64,000 nucleotides of DNA from Pseudomonadota bacterium. Its GTDB lineage: Bacteria; Pseudomonadota; Gammaproteobacteria; Burkholderiales; Burkholderiaceae_C. The position numbers were made by a program, and so were the translations under genes. The notes under the pieces were generated by a model. The model saw only the letters and a program-made list of their open reading frames with translations, was not told the origin of the DNA and did not search any database. How positions within the stretch are numbered: the stretch's first letter is position 1; every line of letters begins with the position of its first letter. Shown here in pieces: positions 31,105-42,301 of this stretch. The stretch covers positions 3,271 to 67,270 of the forward strand of contig CAUJIM010000093.1 of NCBI GenBank assembly GCA_963205335.1. Direction: 5' to 3'.

Positions 31105-32343
31105 TTACTTGCCCGGCCGCTTCATCTGGCAGCTCGTGGGCGTGCTGGCGATGTAGGGCTCCAGGTACTTGACCGGCGCGAAGGTGTAGCCGGTGTTCTC
31201 CACGCTGTAGCTGTTCTTGGCATCGACCTTCTGCCACTTGGAGATCCACATGCCGAGCTGGCTCTGGTGGTCGGTGGCGCGCATCTGCGACTCGCCGTTG
31301 AAGCCCTCGAAGCGCAGCCCCTCCAGCGCCGCGGCCACCTTGACCGGGTCGGTGGACTTGGCCTTGGCCATCGCGTCAGAGATGGCCACCAGCGCGTTGT
31401 AGACCGAGAAGGTGTAGAAGTCGTCGTTGTACTGCGCCTTGAAGCCCTTCATCAGCTCGCCCATGCGGCCGGGATAGTTGGAGTGGTTGTAGGCGATCTG
31501 GTAGACCTCGGCGATCTTGCCCTGGGCCAGCGCCGTCGGCGTGCCCGAGACGCCCGCGTAGTAGGCGTAGATCGGGATGTTCAGGCCGGCGTCGTTCATG
31601 GCCTTCACCAGCAGGGTGAAGTCCTGGCCCCAGCTGCCGGTCACCAGCGTGTCGGCGCCCGCGGCCTTGATCTTGGCGACGTAGGGCGCGAAGTCCTTGA
31701 CCTGGCCGAGCGCCACGTAGTCCTCGCCGACGACCTTCACGTCCGGGCGGTTGCGCTCGATCCCCTCCTTGAAGTACTTGGCGACCTGGTGGCCGTGCGA
31801 GTAGTTCTGGTTGACCAGGTAGACCTTGTGGACGTTGCCCTGGTCCTTCATGAAGCTGGTGAGCGCGGCCATCTTCATCGACGTGTCGGCGTCGAAGCGG
31901 AAGTGCCAGTAGTTGCACTTCTCGTTGGTCGATGCCGGATCGACCGCCGCGTAGTTCATGTAGATGACTTCCTTGCCGGGGTTGCGCTCGTTGCTCTTGG
32001 CCACCGCGTCGGCCAGCGGCAGCGCGACGTTGGAGCCGTTGCCCTGCGCGACGTAGTGGATGCCCTGGTCTACCGCGGCCTTGAGCAGGTTCAGCGCCTC
32101 CTGCGGCGAGCTCTTGCTGTCCATCGGCACGATCTCGAACTTGACGCCGGCCGGGTTTTCCTTGGCATTGAGGTGCGCGGCCACGTACTGCCAGCTCTTG
32201 AACTGGTTGGTGCCGACGTTGCCCATCGGGCCCGAAAGGCCCTCGATCATGGCGATCTTGACCGTCTGGCCGCTTTGGGCAAAAACGCCTCCAGCGCAAG
32301 CCAGGGCTGCGCAAGCAGCAATCGTTTTGATAGTGAATTGCAT
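31105..32343 (-). CDS. LIV-type ABC periplasmic solute-binding protein, operon 2
   Basis: Signal MQFTIKTIAACAALACAGGVFA-Q, LSGP, QGNGS, CNYWHFRFD, MRATDHQ; GGAG upstream. Confidence 0.92.
   Translation of the reverse strand: MQFTIKTIAACAALACAGGVFAQSGQTVKIAMIEGLSGPMGNVGTNQFKSWQYVAAHLNAKENPAGVKFEIVPMDSKSSPQEALNLLKAAVDQGIHYVAQGNGSNVALPLADAVAKSNERNPGKEVIYMNYAAVDPASTNEKCNYWHFRFDADTSMKMAALTSFMKDQGNVHKVYLVNQNYSHGHQVAKYFKEGIERNRPDVKVVGEDYVALGQVKDFAPYVAKIKAAGADTLVTGSWGQDFTLLVKAMNDAGLNIPIYAYYAGVSGTPTALAQGKIAEVYQIAYNHSNYPGRMGELMKGFKAQYNDDFYTFSVYNALVAISDAMAKAKSTDPVKVAAALEGLRFEGFNGESQMRATDHQSQLGMWISKWQKVDAKNSYSVENTGYTFAPVKYLEPYIASTPTSCQMKRPGK
32273..32334. repeat. Intragenic element copy encoding the signal peptide of solute-binding protein 2
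   Basis: tttgggcaaaaacgcctcca-GCGC-N11-GCGC (32294-32312)-aagca-GCA-atcgttttgat-AGT. Confidence 0.8.
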
Positions 32344-32473
32344 GAAGTCTCCTGTGGAAATGGGCATGGCCCGATAGCCTACTAGACACATCCGATTGCG
32401 CCCTGAGGGTTTGCCCCAGTGTCGCACCGATCCAGTCGCCTGCACGACTGGACCGGCGGGCGACCGGCGCGGA

Positions 32474-34111
32474 TCAGAGCCCGGGCAGCTTGTAGTCCTT
32501 GAGCTCTTCGCGCAGCTTGCTCTTCTGCATCTTGCCGGTGGCGCCCAGCGGGATGGCCTCGACGAACACCACGTCGTCCGGGATCTGCCACTTGGCGATC
32601 TTGCCCTCGTAGAACTTGAGCAGTTCGTCGCGCGTCGCCTCGGCGCCGGGCTTCCTGACCACCGCGATGATGGGGCGCTCGTCCCACTTGGGGTGCGGCA
32701 TGCCGATGCAGGCGGCCATGGCCACCGCCGGGTGCGCCATGGCGATGTTCTCGATGTCGATCGAGCTGATCCACTCGCCGCCGGACTTGATCACGTCCTT
32801 GCTGCGGTCGGTGATCTGCATGAAGCCGTCGGCATCGATCGTCGCCACGTCGCCGGTGGGGAACCAGCCGTGGCCCTGCGCGTCCTTGACCAGCGGGCAC
32901 TGGCCCTTGAAGTAGCTGTCCATGATCCACGGGCCGCGCACGTACAGGTCGCCATAGGTCTTGCCGTCCCAGGGCTGCTCGGCGCCGTCGTCGCCGACGA
33001 TCTTCATGTCCACGCCGAAGATCGCCCGGCCCTGCTTGGTGCGGATGTGCAGCTGCTCGGCGGCCGGCAGCTTCAGGTGCTTGTTCTTGAGCGTGCACAC
33101 CGTGCCCAGTGGGCTGGTCTCGGTCATGCCCCAGGCGTGCAGCACGTCCACGCCGTACTGCTCGCGGAAGGTGTCGATCATCGCGGGCGGGCAGGCCGAG
33201 CCGCCGATCACCGTGCGCTTGAGGGTGGAGAACTTGAGCCCGCCCGTCTGCATGTGCGTGAGCAGCATCTGCCAGATCGTCGGCACGCCGGCGGCGAACG
33301 TGACCCCCTCGGACTCCATCAGTTCGTAGATCGACTTGCCGTCCATCGCCGGGCCGGGGAACACCACCTTGCAGCCGGTCAGCGCCGACGCGTAGGGCAG
33401 GCCCCAGGCGTTGACGTGGAACATCGGCACCACCGGCATCATCGAGTCGCGCGCCGACAGGTTCATCGCGTCGGGCAGTGCGCCGCCGTAGGCGTGCAGC
33501 ACGGTCGAGCGGTGGCTGTACAGGGCGCCCTTGGGGTCGCCCGTGGTGCCGCTGGTGTAGCACAGGCCCGCGGCGGTGTTCTCGTCGAGCTGCGGCCAGG
33601 TGTACTGGTCGGAGGCCTGGCCGATCCACGCCTCGTAGCCCACCAGGCCGGGGATGCCGGAGTCGGCCGGCAGCTTGCCAGCGTCGCACAGCGCCACCCA
33701 GGTCTTGACCGTCGGGCACTTGGCATGCACCGCCTGCACCAGCGGCAGGAAGCTCATGTCGAAGCACACCACCTGGTCCTCGGCGTGGTTGATGATCCAG
33801 GCCAGCTGCGCCGGGTGCAGGCGCGGGTTGAGCGTGTGCATCACTCGCCCCGAGCCGGCCACGCCGAAGTACAGCTCCATATGGCGGTAGCCGTTCCAGG
33901 CGATGGAGGCGATGCGGTCGCCCCGCTGCGCGCCGCCGGCCTCCAGCGTGTTGGCCAACTGCTTGGCGCGGCGCGCCAGGTCGCGGTAGGTGTAGCGGTG
34001 GATGTCGCCCTCGACGCGGCGCGAGACGATCTCGCCGTCGCCGTGGTGGCGCTCGGCGAACTCGATCAGCGTCGAGATCAACAGGGGTTGGTTCTGCATC
34101 TGGCCCAGCAT
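32474..34111 (-). CDS. Fatty-acid--CoA ligase (AlkK/DmdB-like)
   Basis: [45 protein letters not shown]. Confidence 0.92.
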   Translation of the reverse strand: MLGQMQNQPLLISTLIEFAERHHGDGEIVSRRVEGDIHRYTYRDLARRAKQLANTLEAGGAQRGDRIASIAWNGYRHMELYFGVAGSGRVMHTLNPRLHPAQLAWIINHAEDQVVCFDMSFLPLVQAVHAKCPTVKTWVALCDAGKLPADSGIPGLVGYEAWIGQASDQYTWPQLDENTAAGLCYTSGTTGDPKGALYSHRSTVLHAYGGALPDAMNLSARDSMMPVVPMFHVNAWGLPYASALTGCKVVFPGPAMDGKSIYELMESEGVTFAAGVPTIWQMLLTHMQTGGLKFSTLKRTVIGGSACPPAMIDTFREQYGVDVLHAWGMTETSPLGTVCTLKNKHLKLPAAEQLHIRTKQGRAIFGVDMKIVGDDGAEQPWDGKTYGDLYVRGPWIMDSYFKGQCPLVKDAQGHGWFPTGDVATIDADGFMQITDRSKDVIKSGGEWISSIDIENIAMAHPAVAMAACIGMPHPKWDERPIIAVVRKPGAEATRDELLKFYEGKIAKWQIPDDVVFVEAIPLGATGKMQKSKLREELKDYKLPGL

Positions 34112-34282
34112 GCTTGCTCCTTGTAGTGTGGTGAAGACGAACGGCCCGATGTTAGCGCCAGCGGCCGCGCTCCCGGCAGAGATTCCCGGCCGTTCGCGGC
34201 CATCCGCGGCCGTCGCCTGTCTCGCGGCAGACAGCAAGCCCCCGTCGCCGGCACGAGGCGGCACGCTGACCGACAATGCCGC

Positions 34283-35773
34283 ATGGACTTCGACTCTGCG
34301 GCAAGCACCGACAGCACGCAGGCACCGGCACCGATCGCCTGGCACCGGGGCTTTGCCGCGCTCGGGGCGCCGTTCTACGCCGCGCTCGCACCCGCGCCCC
34401 TGCCGCAGCCATACTGGGTGGCGCGCGACTTCGGGGTGGCCGGGCTGCTCGGCCTGCCCGGGCAGTGGCTGCACACGCCCGAGGCGCTGCAGGCGCTCGG
34501 CGGCAACACCCTCATCGCGGGCAGCGAGCCGCTCGCCAGCGTCTACGGCGGGCACCAGTTCGGCGTCTGGGCCGGGCAGCTGGGCGACGGCCGCGCGCTG
34601 CTGCTGGGCGAGACGGCCACCGGCCAGGAGATCCAGCTCAAGGGCAGCGGGCGCACGCCCTGGTCGCGCGGCGCCGACGGGCGCGCCGTGCTGCGCTCGT
34701 CGATCCGCGAATACCTCGCCAGCGGCGCGCTGCACGGCCTGGGCATACCGACCACGCGGGCGCTGGCCATCGTCGGCTCGCCGCTGCCCGTGGCGCGCGA
34801 GACCATGGAAACCGCCGCCGTGGTCACGCGCGTGGCGCCCAGCTTCATCCGCTTCGGCCACTTCGAGTTCTTCGCCTGGCGCGGGCAAACCGACGCGCTG
34901 CGCCAGCTGGCCGACTACGTGATCCGCCGCTACTACCCCGCCTGCCGGGACGACGCGCGCTTCGGCGGCAGCCCCTACGCCGCATTGCTGCACGCGGTGA
35001 GCGAGCGCACCGCCCGGCTGATCGCGCAGTGGCAGGCGGCGGGCTTCATGCACGGCGTGATGAACACCGACAACATGAGCATCCTGGGGCTGACCATCGA
35101 CTACGGGCCGTTCCAGTTCATGGACGGCTTCGAGCCGGGGCGCATCTGCAACCACAGCGACCGCTTCGGCCGCTACGCCTACGACCAGCAGCCGCGCGTC
35201 GGCCACTGGAACCTGGCCTGCCTGGCGCAGGCCCTACTGCCGCTGATCGGGAGCGCCGAGACGGCGCAGGCGGCGATCGCCTCCTACCCCGAGGCCTTCA
35301 ACACCGCCTACCTCGACGCCATGCGCGCCAGGCTGGGCCTCGTGCAGCCGCACGAGGGCGACGAGGCCTGTCTCGCCGCCCTGCTGCAGCTGCTGGCCGA
35401 ACAGCGGGTGGATTACCCGATTTTCTGGCGCCGCCTCGCGCACGCCGCCGCCGACGGCCGCTTCGCGCCGGTGCGCGACCTGTTCCTGCAGGGCAGTGGA
35501 TTCGATGCATGGTTTCTATCATTCAAGGAGCTGCTCGCGCATACTGGACGTGCGCAATCGGCCGATTTGATGCTCAAGACCAATCCCCGGTTCGTGCTGC
35601 GCAACCACCTGGCGGAAGAGGCCATCCGCGCCGCGAAACTTGGCGACTTCCATGGGGTCCAAGCGTTGCAGCACGTGCTTGCGCGGCCCTTCGACGAACA
35701 CCCGGGCCACGAGGCCTGGGCCGATTTCCCGCCCGACTGGGCTTCTTCTCTCGTATTGAGCTGTTCCTCATGA
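34283..35773 (+). CDS. selO: Protein adenylyltransferase SelO (YdiU)
   Basis: [50 protein letters not shown]-terminal SCSS. Confidence 0.95.
   Translation: MDFDSAASTDSTQAPAPIAWHRGFAALGAPFYAALAPAPLPQPYWVARDFGVAGLLGLPGQWLHTPEALQALGGNTLIAGSEPLASVYGGHQFGVWAGQLGDGRALLLGETATGQEIQLKGSGRTPWSRGADGRAVLRSSIREYLASGALHGLGIPTTRALAIVGSPLPVARETMETAAVVTRVAPSFIRFGHFEFFAWRGQTDALRQLADYVIRRYYPACRDDARFGGSPYAALLHAVSERTARLIAQWQAAGFMHGVMNTDNMSILGLTIDYGPFQFMDGFEPGRICNHSDRFGRYAYDQQPRVGHWNLACLAQALLPLIGSAETAQAAIASYPEAFNTAYLDAMRARLGLVQPHEGDEACLAALLQLLAEQRVDYPIFWRRLAHAAADGRFAPVRDLFLQGSGFDAWFLSFKELLAHTGRAQSADLMLKTNPRFVLRNHLAEEAIRAAKLGDFHGVQALQHVLARPFDEHPGHEAWADFPPDWASSLVLSCSS
35515..35578. repeat. Intragenic element copy inside selO
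   Basis: TCT-atcattcaagg-AGC-tgctc-GCGCATA-ctgga-CGTGCGC-aatcggccgatttgatgctcaag. Confidence 0.8.
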
Positions 35774-36189
35774 TGTTTCCCATCGCCAAAACCGACGACG
35801 AGTGGCGCGCCCTGCTCGCCGCCAAGACCGGGGCCGAGCCCGGCGCCTGGCAGGTCACGCGCCACGCCGCCACCGAGCGGCCGTTCTCCGGCAAGTACGA
35901 ACGCCACTGGGCCGACGGCAGCTACCATTGCGTCTGCTGCGGCGCCAGGCTGTTCGAATCGGGCACCAAGTTCGACGCCGGCTGCGGCTGGCCGAGCTTC
36001 TCCGAGGCCATTCCCGGCAGCATCCGCGAGATCGAGGACCGCAGCCACGGCATGGTGCGCACCGAGACCGTGTGTGCACAATGCGGCGCGCACCTGGGCC
36101 ACGTCTTCCCCGACGGGCCGGCGCCCACCGGCCTGCGCTACTGCATGAACTCCGCCTCGCTCGACTTCGAACCGACCCCCTCCCCATGA
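35770..36189 (+). CDS. msrB: Peptide-methionine (R)-S-oxide reductase
   Basis: TERPF, CVCC/CAQC zinc sites, GCGWPSF, HLGHVF.DGP, RYCMNS; ATGA overlap with selO. Confidence 0.96.
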   Translation: MMFPIAKTDDEWRALLAAKTGAEPGAWQVTRHAATERPFSGKYERHWADGSYHCVCCGARLFESGTKFDAGCGWPSFSEAIPGSIREIEDRSHGMVRTETVCAQCGAHLGHVFPDGPAPTGLRYCMNSASLDFEPTPSP

Positions 36190-36752
36190 AGCTGCTGATC
36201 GACTTCTTTCCCATCATCCTGTTCTTCGCCGCCTTCAAGGTCTGGGACATCTACACCGCCACCGCCGTGGCGATCGGCGCCACCGTCGTGCAGCTCGCCT
36301 ACATGCGGGTGCGCCACGGCAGGATAGAGCCGATGCAATGGCTCAGCCTGGGCGTGATCGTGGTGTTCGGCGGCGCGACGCTGCTGGCGCACAGCGAGAC
36401 CTTCATCAAGTGGAAGCCCACGGTGCTCTACTGGCTGATGGGCGGCGCGCTGGTCGTCGGCCAGGTGCTGCTCCGGAAGAATTTCATCCGCTCGCTGATG
36501 GGCGCGCAGGTCAGCCTGCCCGACCCCGTCTGGACGCGGCTGAACTGGGGCTGGAGCGGGTTCTTCCTCGTCATGGGCGTGATCAACCTCTGGGTCGCCT
36601 ACACCTTCGACACCGACACCTGGGTGAACTTCAAGCTCTTCGGCAGCCTCGGCCTGATGGTCGTCTTCATCATCGCGCAGGCGTTCTATCTCTCGCGCTT
36701 CATCCAGGAGGACGAGGCCACACCCGCCACCGCCAAGGACGCGCAATCATGA
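36186..36752 (+). CDS. yciB: Inner-membrane septation protein A family
   Basis: [24 protein letters not shown]. Confidence 0.93.
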   Translation: MKLLIDFFPIILFFAAFKVWDIYTATAVAIGATVVQLAYMRVRHGRIEPMQWLSLGVIVVFGGATLLAHSETFIKWKPTVLYWLMGGALVVGQVLLRKNFIRSLMGAQVSLPDPVWTRLNWGWSGFFLVMGVINLWVAYTFDTDTWVNFKLFGSLGLMVVFIIAQAFYLSRFIQEDEATPATAKDAQS

Positions 36753-37045
36753 GTCCCGCCACCGCCACGCCGCCCGATACCGGCAACGCCGTCACCGCCG
36801 AGGCCATGGACGCGCACCTGCGCCAGGCGCTGGCGCCGACGCGGCTCGAAGTCCTCGACGAGAGCTGGCAGCACGAAGGCCATGCCGGCGCCAACGGCAC
36901 CGGCTACGGCACGCACTTTCGCGTGCGCATCGCCGCGCCCTGCCTCGAAGGCCGGCGCCGCGTGGCGCAGCACCGGCTTGTGTATGATGCGCTGCGCCCC
37001 TTCATCCAGCAGGGCGCGCACGCCATCGCGATCGAAGTCCTCTGA
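36749..37045 (+). CDS. bolA: BolA family protein
   Basis: [26 protein letters not shown]. Confidence 0.9.
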   Translation: MSPATATPPDTGNAVTAEAMDAHLRQALAPTRLEVLDESWQHEGHAGANGTGYGTHFRVRIAAPCLEGRRRVAQHRLVYDALRPFIQQGAHAIAIEVL

Positions 37046-37110
37046 ATCGACCAGTTCTCCCCCACGGGCCTCGCCGCCCGCTCTCTCCTCCTCCCCCACG
37101 TACCACTCCC

Positions 37111-37896
37111 ATGCGTAAAAAGCTCCTGAACGGCCTGATGGCCGCCGCGGTGCTGGGCGCCATCGCCCTGCCAGTCGCCGCGCAAAACCTCGCCATCGTC
37201 AACGGCAAGGCGGTTCCGTCGACGCGCGCCGAACAGCTCAAGCAGCAGATCGAGCGCTCGGGCCGTCCCGTCACTCCCGAACTGCAGTCGCAGATCAAGG
37301 AAGAAGTGATCGCGCGCGAAATCTTCATGCAGGAAGCGCTCAAGCGCGGCCTGGAGAACACCGCCGACTACAAGGACCAGATGGAGCTCGCCCGCCAGAC
37401 GCTCCTGATCCGCGAGCTGTTCGCCGACTACCAGAAGAAGAACCCGGTGACCGACGCCGACATCAAGGCCGAATACGACAAATTCGCCGCCGCCAACGCC
37501 GGCAAGGAATACAAGGCCAGCCACATCCTGGTCGCGAAGGAAGACGAGGCCAAGACCATCATCGCGCAGCTCGCCAAGGGCGCCAAGTTCGAGGACATCG
37601 CCAAGAAGCAGTCCAAGGACCCGGGCTCGGGCGCCAAGGGCGGCGACCTGGGCTGGGCCAACCCGAGCAGTTACGTGCCCGAATTCACCGAAGCGATGAT
37701 CAAGCTGGAGAAGGGCAAGGTCACCACGGCGCCGGTGAAAAGCCAGTTCGGCTGGCACGTGATCCGCCTCGACGACGTGCGCGAGGCGCAACTGCCCAAG
37801 CTCGACGACGTCAAGGACCAGGTCCGCCAGCAGCTCGAGCAGCAAAAGCTGATGCAGTTCCAGCAGGACCTGCGCGCCAAGGCCAAGGTGGAATAG
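37111..37896 (+). CDS. Periplasmic parvulin-type peptidyl-prolyl isomerase
   Basis: Signal peptide, ASHILV, S.DPGS..KGGDLGW, PVKSQFGWHVI. Confidence 0.93.
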   Translation: MRKKLLNGLMAAAVLGAIALPVAAQNLAIVNGKAVPSTRAEQLKQQIERSGRPVTPELQSQIKEEVIAREIFMQEALKRGLENTADYKDQMELARQTLLIRELFADYQKKNPVTDADIKAEYDKFAAANAGKEYKASHILVAKEDEAKTIIAQLAKGAKFEDIAKKQSKDPGSGAKGGDLGWANPSSYVPEFTEAMIKLEKGKVTTAPVKSQFGWHVIRLDDVREAQLPKLDDVKDQVRQQLEQQKLMQFQQDLRAKAKVE

Positions 37897-37919
37897 GCGC
37901 TCTGCCCGCCCGGCACCCG

Positions 37920-37945
37920 AAACGCGGCCCCGTGCCGCGTTTTTT
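37920..37945 (+). terminator. Intrinsic terminator after the PPIase gene
   Basis: AAACGCGGC-cccgt-GCCGCGTTTTTT. Confidence 0.75.
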
Positions 37946-38712
37946 CATGCCCCGGCGATCCGGCCCCAGAGCAGCAGGGCCCCGATCAGCACCGGCTGGT
38001 GCAGCATGTAGTAGCTCAGGCTGTGCCGCCCGAGCAGCGCCAGCGCCGCGCCGCCGCGCCCCGGCAGCGGCCGCGCCAGCCAGTGCGCGCGCTGCGCCAG
38101 CAGCCACTGCCCGCCCGCCACGCCCCACCAGAAAACGCCGAGCCACGGGAACAGCGGCACGTAATCCTCCGTCACCGGCTTGCGCGTAATCCAGCCCAAC
38201 CAGTTGAGCGGCCTGCCGTTGAACGCGTCGGCCCACGCCGCCAGCGGCCCCGCCAGCAGCCACTGGGCCAGCCACGGGGACGCGACGGCGAGCAGCCCGG
38301 CCAGCCACAGCCACCGGCCCCAGCCCAGCGTGAGCCGCGCGACGATCCACATCAGCGCCATGCCGTGCAGCACGCCGAAATAAATGAAGCTGCGCGGGAA
38401 CATCAGCGCCGACCCGGCCGTGACCAGCAAGGCGCACAGGACGATCTGCCCCCAGCGCCGGCCGAAACGGGCCCACGGCACGCCCTGGTGGCCCGCCAGC
38501 GCCTGCCCCATGCCGGCGCACAGCAGGAACAGGCTCAGGATCAGCGTGCGCTGCACGGTCCACAGCGGATCGGCATGGAAATCCTGCGGCCAGAACCCGA
38601 AGTGGCTCAGATCGAAGCCGAAGTGGTAGAGCGTCATCCACACCAGCGCCACGCCGCGCAGCGCGTCGAGCGCCCCGTAACGTCCTGCCGATGAAGCTAC
38701 CACTTCGCTCAC
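37945..38712 (-). CDS. DUF1624 / heparan-alpha-glucosaminide N-acetyltransferase-like membrane protein (start uncertain)
   Basis: LDALRG.A...M..YH..FDL, FIYFGVLH, EDYVPLFPW, LGRHSL.YY.LHQP. Confidence 0.85.
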   Translation of the reverse strand: MSEVVASSAGRYGALDALRGVALVWMTLYHFGFDLSHFGFWPQDFHADPLWTVQRTLILSLFLLCAGMGQALAGHQGVPWARFGRRWGQIVLCALLVTAGSALMFPRSFIYFGVLHGMALMWIVARLTLGWGRWLWLAGLLAVASPWLAQWLLAGPLAAWADAFNGRPLNWLGWITRKPVTEDYVPLFPWLGVFWWGVAGGQWLLAQRAHWLARPLPGRGGAALALLGRHSLSYYMLHQPVLIGALLLWGRIAGA

Positions 38713-38740
38713 CCGTCTGCCCGATGGGCGCCGGCCCATG

Positions 38741-38768
38741 AAAAAGGGCCGGCAATGCAAGCCAGCCC
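38741..38768 (-). terminator. Intrinsic terminator after tRNA-Pro
   Basis: Minus strand GGGCTGGC-ttgcatt-GCCGGCCC-TTTTT. Confidence 0.7.
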
Positions 38769-38775
38769 CATGATG

Positions 38776-38852
<77 letters not shown>

Positions 38853-38893
38853 ACCCCTGAAATTCTACCGGGGCACAGGCCCGGAACCTGGCC

Positions 38894-39142
38894 TCAGCGC
38901 CGCACGGGAGCCGGGCCGCGTCCGGCGAGGTGGCGGAACGTGATGCGCCCCTTGCTCAGGTCGTACGGCGACATCTCGAGCGACACCTTGTCCCCCGCGA
39001 GGATGCGGATGTGGTGCTTGCGCATCTTGCCGCCGGTGTAGGCGATCAGCTGGTGGCCGTTGTCGAGCGTCACGCGAAAGCGCGAATCGGGCAGCACCTC
39101 GGTGACGCTGCCCTGCATTTCAATGAGTTCTTCCTTCGCCAT
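38894..39142 (-). CDS. infA: Translation initiation factor IF-1
   Basis: [41 protein letters not shown]. Confidence 0.97.
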   Translation of the reverse strand: MAKEELIEMQGSVTEVLPDSRFRVTLDNGHQLIAYTGGKMRKHHIRILAGDKVSLEMSPYDLSKGRITFRHLAGRGPAPVRR

Positions 39143-39282
39143 AAAAGGTCTGCTTTTCTCCAGATGGGTTGGCCAGCACGTCGCGTCGCACCCAACCGCG
39201 CAAGCAAAAATAACCGTGTATTGTACTGCGGCGCGTTTTTTCGTGGCACGCCGTTACACTGCGCACTTTTTACCGCCATACC

Positions 39283-40146
39283 GTGTCCGATCGCCTGTCG
39301 ACTGCCTTGCAATACCTCGCGCCCAAGCAGGCGCTCACGGTGCTCGCCGGACACTGGGCCGGCGCACACGCCGGACGCTGGACCACCGCGACGATCCGCT
39401 GGTTCATTGGGCGCTACCAGGTGGACATGGGCGAAGCCGCAGAGCCCGACCCCGCGGCCTACGCCAGCTTCAACGCCTTCTTCACCCGCAGGCTGCGCCC
39501 GGACGCACGGCCGCTGGCCCGCGCGGACCTCGTCTGCCCGGTCGACGGCTGCGTCAGCCAGCTCGGTGCGATCCGCGGCGACAGCATCTTCCAGGCCAAG
39601 GGCCATGCCTACGACGCCACCGCCCTGCTGGCCGGCGACGCGGCGCTGGCCGCGCATTTCGCCAACGGGCAGTTCGCGACGCTGTACCTGAGCCCGCGCG
39701 ACTACCACCGCATCCACATGCCGTGCGACGGCCGGCTGGCGCGCATGATCCACGTGCCGGGCAGCCTGTTTTCCGTCAACCCGACGACGGCGCGCAACGT
39801 GCCCGGGCTCTTTGCCCGCAACGAGCGCGTGGTCTGCCTCTTCGATACGCCGCTGGGCCGGATGGCGCTCGTCCTGGTGGGCGCCACCATCGTCGGCAGC
39901 ATGGCCACCGTCTGGCACGGCCAGGTCAACCCGCCCAGGACCGGCAGGGTGCGGCGCTGGGACTACGCGCCAGACCAGGTGGTGCTGCGCCAGGGGGAAG
40001 AAATGGGGTTATTCCAGCTCGGCTCCACGGTCATCGTGCTGGCGGAGCGCGGCGCGGTGCAGTGGCTACCGCAATGGCGCGCCGAACGGCCCGTGCGCAT
40101 GGGCGAAGCCATGGGCCAGCGCCCGGCTCAGACGTCCGCGCCGTAA
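39283..40146 (+). CDS. psd: Phosphatidylserine decarboxylase proenzyme
   Basis: FNAFFTR.L, YLSPRDYHRIHMP, LFARNERV, LGST self-cleavage motif. Confidence 0.95.
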   Translation: MSDRLSTALQYLAPKQALTVLAGHWAGAHAGRWTTATIRWFIGRYQVDMGEAAEPDPAAYASFNAFFTRRLRPDARPLARADLVCPVDGCVSQLGAIRGDSIFQAKGHAYDATALLAGDAALAAHFANGQFATLYLSPRDYHRIHMPCDGRLARMIHVPGSLFSVNPTTARNVPGLFARNERVVCLFDTPLGRMALVLVGATIVGSMATVWHGQVNPPRTGRVRRWDYAPDQVVLRQGEEMGLFQLGSTVIVLAERGAVQWLPQWRAERPVRMGEAMGQRPAQTSAP

Positions 40147-40421
40147 TCCGGATCGGACGAGCCGCAGACGCGCACGGTGGTGAACACCGTGGGCTCGACG
40201 TGCAGTTCCCTCGAATGCACCGGCTCGGGATGGCCGGCCAGGTACACCATCAGTTCCTGGCGCCGCAGCTTGACGTACTCCACCGTTTCCCACTGCCCGG
40301 CGCGCTGCACCCGCGTACCGGGCCGGAACAGGGGCATGCGAAAACTCTCGCCCCAGCCCGGCGGTGCCGGACGCCGCGGTGCCATGTCGTTGGTGTGCGC
40401 CTGAGTCTGCATGTCATCCAT
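40128..40421 (-). CDS. Small hypothetical protein (start 40421 or 40412)
   Basis: Compact beta-rich-looking core FRPGTRVQRAGQWETVEYVKLRRQELMVYLAGHPEPV fills an otherwise empty gap. Confidence 0.65.
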   Translation of the reverse strand: MDDMQTQAHTNDMAPRRPAPPGWGESFRMPLFRPGTRVQRAGQWETVEYVKLRRQELMVYLAGHPEPVHSRELHVEPTVFTTVRVCGSSDPDYGADV

Positions 40422-40510
40422 GTTATCGGCAGCCAGGGCGGATGCTGAAGTCCGGCGGCGCGCCTCGCCGCACCGGCCGGCAGACGGGCCCGCGAAGCGC
40501 ACGCGCCATG

Positions 40511-40543
40511 AAAAAGCCATCCGGCGCCGCGGCACCGGATGGC
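40511..40543 (-). terminator. Intrinsic terminator after aceA
   Basis: Minus strand GCCATCCGGTGCC-gc-GGCGCCGGATGGC-TTTTT. Confidence 0.8.
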
Positions 40544-40580
40544 CTGGGGGGTCAAGACGCCGCCGCGGGCGTGCATGCAA

Positions 40581-41912
<1,332 letters not shown>

Positions 41913-41965
41913 GGTGTACTCCGGAAGTTGAAAAAAACGGGAGCCAGAGCGCTGGCGTGGTGTGA

Positions 41966-42021
41966 TTCTAAGTCTTCTATAAGACTTGAAGAGATTCTTA
42001 TGTCTTATAGAAGACATAAAT
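41966..42021. promoter_or_regulatory. Tandem SdhR-like (GntR family) operators over the aceA promoter
   Basis: GTCTTCTATAAGAC (41972-41985) and its exact reverse complement (42002-42015); TAGAAT -10 at 41970-41965. Confidence 0.7.
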
Positions 42022-42098
42022 TTTCTTTCGATAATTCAATGGCTTGCATTTGAATTTTCTCCATATGGTAATTTATTTCTCATATCGAGAAAATTTCT

Positions 42099-42110
42099 TG
42101 CACCGCAGCA
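42099..42110. promoter_or_regulatory. PhaR-like binding motif
   Basis: TGCACCGCAGCA fits TGCRNYGCASMA. Confidence 0.4.
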
Positions 42111-42301
42111 TTCCACGATCCCGCAATACTCCATCTCCTCCCGCATTGCAAAATATTGAAGCTCGCATGACTCCAACCGTGCGCGCTACCATGGACCCGG
42201 CGCCAACGACGCGAGCGGCGCCCGCGCGATGCACCGGACCGCTCGGAACCCAGGCCGGGGCGCCACCAAAACCCCGCATCCCCTCCCCCCGGAAACCCAC
42301 C

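Noticed and set aside
34112-35206. Apparent long N-terminal extensions or fusions in the ORF track (CoA ligase 910 aa; also aspS 819 aa, ppsA 981 aa, hydrolase 787 aa, msrB 637 aa)
   Set aside because: Extensions overlap other recognisable genes; downstream starts match family N-termini.
35755-35773. Selenocysteine at the SelO C-terminus
   Set aside because: The residue is TGT (Cys) in LSCSS; the TGA is an ordinary stop overlapping the msrB ATG.
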